A DNA stretch of 7,888 bases from Octopus sinensis (Eukaryota): contig NW_021828652.1 in the NCBI RefSeq assembly GCF_006345805.1, positions 1-7,888 on the forward strand, read 5' to 3'. Shown here in pieces: positions 7,025 through 7,888 of the stretch. Position numbers and translations under genes: made by a program. The notes beneath the pieces are model-generated. The model searched no databases. It was not told the DNA's origin and saw only the letters and a list, made by a program, of their open reading frames with translations. Within the stretch, counting starts at the first letter, position 1; each line of letters opens with the position of its first letter.

Positions 7025-7094
7025 TCGTCGCTACCGTGTAACCATTGACAGCCCAGATAGGCTGAGCCAATGCGAGAAATGCGCCAACGATGAG
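7025..7094 (+). CDS. Candidate internal coding exon of an unidentified host gene: (x)RRYRVTIDSPDRLSQCEKCANDE; alternative acceptor gives 6924-7094
   Basis: Acceptor TTATTTGCTTTAACAG| and donor GAG|GTAACG. Only one frame is open, codons are GC3-rich, and there is a sharp GC rise over the flanks. I do not recognise the protein. Confidence 0.35.
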
Positions 7095-7275
7095 GTAACG
7101 GGAGCAAGTTTGGGGAGGCGATCAACCTTTTAAAAATATGTGCAAAATCCAGGCCAGTCGCCTTAAGTATGGATGTAAATATGAGTCAAGGAGAGCGACC
7201 TCTACATGGTAACTACGAGTAATGTGGATAGTTACAAAATCGCTCTCGACCCATACGCAACTGTCTTATGTCAGG

Positions 7276-7389
7276 ATATATATATGTATATATATATATA
7301 TATCCAACACCACCACCACCACCACCACCTCCTCCTCCTCACCTCCTCCTCCTCACCTCCTCTTCCACCTATATATATATATATATATA
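7276..7389. repeat. Compound microsatellite (TA)n-(CAC)n(CCT)n-(TA)n
   Basis: TA at 7276-7303, C-rich triplets at 7304-7369, TA at 7370-7389. Confidence 0.95.
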
Positions 7390-7562
7390 GGTAGAGTTTA
7401 CGAAAAAAACAAAAAGACGAAGACAGATGGTGTACAAAACAAACAAATGTATTAGTATAACACTCAGGAATAGAAAAAATCTTTTACGTTTCGAGCCTAG
7501 GCTCTTCTACAGAAAGGGACACAGAAAGAAACAAGGAGAGAAATAAGGAGAGAAAAAACAAG
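7390..7562 (-). mobile_element. Short (TA)n-embedded element carrying a hammerhead motif (Penelope-like/retrozyme-like, copy 2)
   Basis: TA runs on both sides (7370-7389 and 7563-7576). Hammerhead fold at 7481-7516. Same layout as 3218-3472. Confidence 0.7.
7481..7516 (-). ncRNA. Minimal type-I hammerhead ribozyme-like motif with A6U core variant
   Basis: Minus strand: CUUU-CUGUAGA-A-GAGCCUAGGCUC-GAAA-C-GU-A|AAAG. Stem I (CUUU/AAAG) is a perfect 4 bp, stem II is a perfect 12-nt palindrome and stem III is the palindrome ACGU. Predicted GUA cleavage lies between 7485 and 7484. Confidence 0.75.
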
Positions 7563-7577
7563 ATATATATATATATT

Positions 7578-7618
7578 TGTAGTTGGGAAGCCAGTTTCTT
7601 ACCACACAGCGACGCCCT
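7578..7618 (-). mobile_element. Short family-1 SINE head fragment (A-box region)
   Basis: tgtagttgggaagccagtttcttaccacacagc matches 1853-1887 and 5114-5146. Confidence 0.7.
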
Positions 7619-7685
7619 CGAGGTCTTTTCTAAAACATCGAGTATCTGTGAGGTACCAACGAGTATATTAAGAAACAAATAGACA

Positions 7686-7738
7686 AATAATAATAATAAG
7701 AATAATAATAATAATAATAACAATAATAATAATAATAA
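7686..7738. repeat. (AAT)n microsatellite
   Basis: Direct reading. Confidence 0.97.
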
Positions 7739-7888
7739 GCCACGTGTTGAGAGGGATTCTTTGGGGTTTGAATAATTCACCTCTGGAAACATCGGTGGTT
7801 CTTTCAACATCCTTAAACAACCTTATTCAGGGACCTTTTGAGTGGGATGGGTTACTGAACCTGAAGAAAATTTCTAATGGGCCCCACC
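7739..7888. mobile_element. Probable interspersed repeat abutting (AAT)n, cut by the window edge
   Basis: Complex sequence starting sharply at the microsatellite. I recall it as an abundant (AAT)n-associated octopus repeat, but nothing within the window confirms this. Confidence 0.4.

Noticed and set aside
7304-7369. Minus-strand (GGT/GGA)n as a G-quadruplex
   Set aside because: Almost entirely GG runs, so at best a weak two-tier structure typical of a triplet microsatellite.
7484-7810. 108-aa minus-strand ORF with poly-Leu
   Set aside because: The poly-Leu is (TTA)n, and the ORF crosses several unrelated repeats.

Overview
This is AT-rich, repeat-dense, non-coding animal DNA. I recognise the SINE families as typical of Octopus genomes, but that is from memory and not a database result. 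None of the supplied ORFs is a credible gene: most are microsatellite or SINE read-throughs. The window holds about 9 pieces of a tRNA-headed, CORE-like SINE with an internal (TA/CA)n tract, one SINE of a second family, a 5'-truncated RTE-clade LINE nested in a broken hAT-type MITE, a ~550-bp polypyrimidine tract and many microsatellites. The most notable find is two short (~170 and ~255 bp) elements embedded in (TA)n, each carrying a minimal type-I hammerhead-ribozyme fold on the minus strand with a variant catalytic core. They share spacing and motifs 3' of the predicted cleavage site and look like non-autonomous Penelope-like or retrozyme-like units. All 13 orientable retroelement pieces lie on the minus strand. 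A candidate plus-strand exon at 7025-7094 suggests the window is an intron of a plus-strand gene. Two long AT-rich fold-backs (54-153 and 3733-3872) are not explained by the other features.
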